DNA from: an uncultured Gammaproteobacteria bacterium
Lineage (GTDB): Bacteria; Patescibacteriota; Microgenomatia; JALYQM01
Reading direction: 5' to 3'
Length of the DNA stretch: 64,000 nucleotides
Assembly (NCBI GenBank): GCA_964403585.1
Contig: CAYOFQ010000001.1
Coordinates: 520,630-584,629, forward strand
Of the stretch, positions 60,549 through 64,000 are shown in pieces. The notes under the pieces are model-generated. The model was not told the DNA's origin and did not search any database. It saw only the letters and a list, made by a program, of their open reading frames with translations. The translations under genes and the position numbers were made by a program. The stretch's first letter is position 1. Every line of letters starts with the position of its first letter.

Positions 60549-61211
60549 TTAGATGCTTTTGCGGAAAAGTCTTTTTTTCGTCTCACCGGTTTTTGCTTTG
60601 GAAGCAGCTGCTTTAGTAGAGGTGGTTTTGGATTTACTCTGTCTCTTTGGTTTTGAGTCGGCGACTTCCATGTACGCATCACCTGAAGCAATCGTCTTCT
60701 CAATGTCGGCAATTTCCTGATCGAGTGATTGACCGTACAATTGTAAGGCCGCATCGCGCGCTTTCTGGTATTCCAGTGCCCGGAGATAAATACCGCCGTT
60801 AAAATCGAATGACTGAAGTGCATTAATCACGACATCCCGGTCTTCACTGAAAATATCACGTAAATAACTGGTGTATTCACGGAACACATCTCGTGCTGCC
60901 AGTAATTGGTCACGGCGTTGTAATAAGGCCAGGTAATAATCTGCAACATGATCACCGGAGGAAATCTCGCGTGCTTTCGATCGAACCGATGATTCGAGTC
61001 GGTCATGGTCGGCAAGATGATCGTCAATCCAGGAACGGGCAAAACGGGAAATGTGATCAAATTCGGTATCGGAAAGCATGTAGTGAAGCGTGTTAAAGTA
61101 GTCAAAAAGATCTTCCCGCAATGACACGATATCTACATGATTGTTATCTAATAAATATTCGGTGGCATTGAGAGGTTTCATAAGGTGGCATTCTGAAAGA
61201 ACAATAATCAT
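60549..61211 (-). CDS. Hypothetical protein with a Lys/Ser-rich C-terminal tail
   Basis: 220 aa ORF upstream of, and co-oriented with, the 58820-60442 gene. Confidence 0.45.
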   Translation of the reverse strand: MIIVLSECHLMKPLNATEYLLDNNHVDIVSLREDLFDYFNTLHYMLSDTEFDHISRFARSWIDDHLADHDRLESSVRSKAREISSGDHVADYYLALLQRRDQLLAARDVFREYTSYLRDIFSEDRDVVINALQSFDFNGGIYLRALEYQKARDAALQLYGQSLDQEIADIEKTIASGDAYMEVADSKPKRQSKSKTTSTKAAASKAKTGETKKRLFRKSI

Positions 61212-61275
61212 CTACTATTTTTAATCATGTTGCTAACGCTTGTCAAGAATGTTCTCGTCCATGTACGATAATAGT

Positions 61276-62709
61276 ATGCAACCTTCTGTCGCTATACATG
61301 GACATTTTTATCAGCCACCACGTACAGATCCGTTTACCGGAGAGGATATGGTTGATCCGTTTGTCCTCGATCAGACCGGTGGCAAATATAAAAGCTGGAA
61401 TGAAATCATTAGTGCCGAGTGCTACAAACCAAATGCCGACCTTGGAAATTTTTCACTGATCTCATTTGATTTGTATCGATCACTCGCGGAATGGCTCGAA
61501 AAAAACGACCCCGCCGTATACTGGAAAATTATTCAGAATGACCAGATCGCGTTTCAAAAAGACGGCTTTGGCAGCGCTTTTTGCGGCAGCTGGGACCACG
61601 CCATTCTGCCGCTCCTTTCCAACGAAGATAAAGAAATAGAAATTTATTGGGGATACCACGATTATCTTAAAAGATTCGGTCATCCGCCGGTCGGGTTCTG
61701 GTTGGCTGAGACCGCCGTCTCATTTGATGTGATGGATATCCTTGCCAAAAACGGATTACGGCTCGTAATCTTAGCACAGTGGCAAACACATAATCCGGTG
61801 GATACCACTAAAATTTACTGGGTGAATTTACGGGAGGGGCGAAGAATCTGTGTGGCTTTTTATGATAAGCAGCTTTCAGACAATCTCTCTTTTAATTCAA
61901 TGGCCATGGCCAATGCCGATCAGTTCGCGCGCGATTACATCGCCTCCCGCAATTTACACGACACCCAAATCATGATGGGCGCCACCGACGGTGAGCGCTA
62001 CGGTCATCATTTGAAAGGCGGGGAAAAATTTTTGAACCGGTTACTCACTAAAGGTCTTGCTGATCTGAACATGCAGCCGTCAACGTTAATGAAAGCATTT
62101 GCTCAGGTACAACCAAAGGATGAAGCTTTTATTAAAGACAACACCTCCTGGAGCTGTCTCTGTGGCGACCTGAAGCGATGGAAACAGGATTGTGAATGTT
62201 GTGTTGATTATGACCGAAATAATATGCGCGTGAACGGCCAGTGGAAGGCCACACTGTTTAATGCCATCAATACCATGTCTCAAAATCTTGTTGCGGTTAC
62301 CGATAACATTTTAAGTAAATTACTTATCAATCCAACGGAGGCTAAAAAAGAGTTCATTCATGTGTATTTGCATACGGTTACTGAAAGTGAATTCCTGGCT
62401 AAACATCAGCGTAAACCGCTTGATGCCCACGAGATTCATTTGGTAATGAAGGCCTGTCAACTGCAGATGTATCGCCTGGCAGCCTACACCAGCTGCGGAT
62501 GGTTCTTCTCGGACATTGACCGCCCAGAGCCACGAATAGTTATCGGCAATATGAAAAAGGCACTCTCCATGCTGGCTGATCTTGGCCACGTCGAGCATAT
62601 GATGAATCTGGAAAAATCATTTGTAGCTGAGCTGAGTAACGCCAAAAGCAATTTTACTGGGAAAAACGGAAAAGATCTGTATCTTGAATACCGGTCTTTA
62701 CTAGGTTAA
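61276..62709 (+). CDS. Glycoside hydrolase family 57 protein (alpha-amylase / 4-alpha-glucanotransferase type)
   Basis: HGHFYQPPR N-terminal motif. WLAE (nucleophile Glu) and DGE regions. ATG at 61276 preferred over the track start. Confidence 0.8.
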   Translation: MQPSVAIHGHFYQPPRTDPFTGEDMVDPFVLDQTGGKYKSWNEIISAECYKPNADLGNFSLISFDLYRSLAEWLEKNDPAVYWKIIQNDQIAFQKDGFGSAFCGSWDHAILPLLSNEDKEIEIYWGYHDYLKRFGHPPVGFWLAETAVSFDVMDILAKNGLRLVILAQWQTHNPVDTTKIYWVNLREGRRICVAFYDKQLSDNLSFNSMAMANADQFARDYIASRNLHDTQIMMGATDGERYGHHLKGGEKFLNRLLTKGLADLNMQPSTLMKAFAQVQPKDEAFIKDNTSWSCLCGDLKRWKQDCECCVDYDRNNMRVNGQWKATLFNAINTMSQNLVAVTDNILSKLLINPTEAKKEFIHVYLHTVTESEFLAKHQRKPLDAHEIHLVMKACQLQMYRLAAYTSCGWFFSDIDRPEPRIVIGNMKKALSMLADLGHVEHMMNLEKSFVAELSNAKSNFTGKNGKDLYLEYRSLLG

Positions 62710-62720
62710 TACAATCCTAT

Positions 62721-64000
62721 ATGAACATTGGATCATTCATCTTCGTTTTGCATAGTCATGTACCGTATGTACGGAAAAGCGGAAAGTGGCCCCACGGCGA
62801 AGAAATGCTCTACGAAATCATTGCCGAAACGTATGTCCCGTTATTAAATGCCTTTGATGCACTCTATAAAGACGGTATTCCACCGCGAGTCAGTTTGGGT
62901 TTAACACCGATATTACTTGAACAGCTCAACGATCCGTACATGCAACGCGAGTTTGTAAAATATATTAAAATCCGTTTGAAATCTGCCCGGGAAGAATATG
63001 AAACCTTCAAGAAAACTACTCCTGAAGCGTTGAACGTGTGTGAGTTTTACATTAACTGGTATTCACAAATACTCAATGATTATGAACATAAATACGACCA
63101 CGATTTAATCAATGCCTTCAAATTTTTTCAGGATAAAGGACACCTGGATATTCTTACCAGTGCTGCGACACACGGGTACCTGCCATTATTATCACGCGAC
63201 AGTACTATCTGGGGACAATTACGTACAGGAATTAAACAGTATAAACGATACTTCGGACGTGAACCATCAGGAATTTGGTTGCCTGAATGCGGTTATCGTC
63301 CACTATCACCGGAGAACCGCGCAGGTATTGAAACGTTTTTGGACGAAATGAATCTAAAGTACTTTTTCACTGATTCGCACGTTATCGAGTCGGCTGTACA
63401 CGCCAATGGTGAAGAGAAAATTGTACCGGCTTATTCACCTCAGCCAAGTTGGATGATGTATACTAACGCGTTTGTTTTGACCACCAGTACACCAAAAAGA
63501 AATACGAAAAAGAAGTCACCGCCGGTACCGGCAAAACCTGCCGAAATTACCACTTTTCATCCGTATTATGTCGAGGATTCGAATGTGTTCGTTTTTGGAC
63601 GAGATAATGTAACCGGAATGCAGGTCTGGTCGGCTCAGTGGGGCTATCCCGGAGATTTTGCGTACAGGGAATTCCATAAAAAGTCTAAACAGACAGGGAT
63701 TCAATACTGGAAAATATCCAATAAACGCGAGGGGATGAAATTTAAAGAATATTATGTTCCACAGGAAGCCTTTCCGCGAGCTGAGGAACACGCTACACAT
63801 TTTGCCGAATTGGTGGAAGGTCATCTGCTCAATTACTGTACCCAGAATAATAAAAAAGGTGTCGTAGTTTCTTCATATGATACCGAACTCTTTGGCCATT
63901 GGTGGTTCGAAGGAGTGCACTGGATAGAATCCGTTATCCGCAATTTTGCTAAAAAGCAGACGGTAGAATTAACATCGGCCAGAGAATATGTTGAAGCGCA
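62721..64000 (+). CDS. GH57-type 1,4-alpha-glucan branching enzyme (3' end outside the window)
   Basis: ATG at 62721, then FVLHSHVPYV and GIWLPECGYRP motifs. The frame remains open to the window end. Confidence 0.8.
   Translation, partial: MNIGSFIFVLHSHVPYVRKSGKWPHGEEMLYEIIAETYVPLLNAFDALYKDGIPPRVSLGLTPILLEQLNDPYMQREFVKYIKIRLKSAREEYETFKKTTPEALNVCEFYINWYSQILNDYEHKYDHDLINAFKFFQDKGHLDILTSAATHGYLPLLSRDSTIWGQLRTGIKQYKRYFGREPSGIWLPECGYRPLSPENRAGIETFLDEMNLKYFFTDSHVIESAVHANGEEKIVPAYSPQPSWMMYTNAFVLTTSTPKRNTKKKSPPVPAKPAEITTFHPYYVEDSNVFVFGRDNVTGMQVWSAQWGYPGDFAYREFHKKSKQTGIQYWKISNKREGMKFKEYYVPQEAFPRAEEHATHFAELVEGHLLNYCTQNNKKGVVVSSYDTELFGHWWFEGVHWIESVIRNFAKKQTVELTSAREYVEA

Overview
This 64 kb window is gene-dense bacterial chromosome with moderate GC (roughly 40-45% by eye). 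It reads like a small-genome lineage, possibly Patescibacteria/CPR, but that is inference only. No rRNA, tRNA, CRISPR array or transposase was found.

Housekeeping genes:
- The 3' part of topA runs off the left edge.
- A complete F1Fo ATP synthase operon atpBEFHAGDC sits on the minus strand, with stop/start overlaps between genes.
- greA, serS, a spermidine-synthase-like methyltransferase, secA, and two GH57 glycogen-type enzymes are present; the last gene runs off the right edge.

Accessory content (the interesting part):
- Six membrane-anchored or secreted mosaic proteins are built from shuffled modules. The modules are a 4-Cys domain, a 'YRKIPGQ...LRKNEQGLIGVY' domain, a 'GWxxDPD...VHIYxD' domain, VWA domains, Pro/Thr/Ser linkers, and a PL7-like polysaccharide lyase domain. 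One of these genes is interrupted by an in-frame TAG.
- A copper homeostasis operon carries DUF305, a cupredoxin, copA, a DsbD_2-like/cupredoxin fusion, copZ and a CsoR-family repressor at the 3' end.
- Three sensor-kinase/response-regulator sets are present, one directly upstream of the lyase gene. There is also an HD-GYP protein and an Asp-less receiver coupled to a beta-CASP RNase.
- A near-consensus sigma70 promoter drives a ~420 nt repeat-containing leader into a GC-rich, apparently foreign ORF. Direct repeats bracket that ORF.
- A truncated ABC exporter remnant lies just upstream of an exopolysaccharide-type locus. That locus has a GT-C membrane glycosyltransferase fused to a GH8 glycanase, a processive GT2 'QxxRW' synthase, and a CE4 deacetylase.
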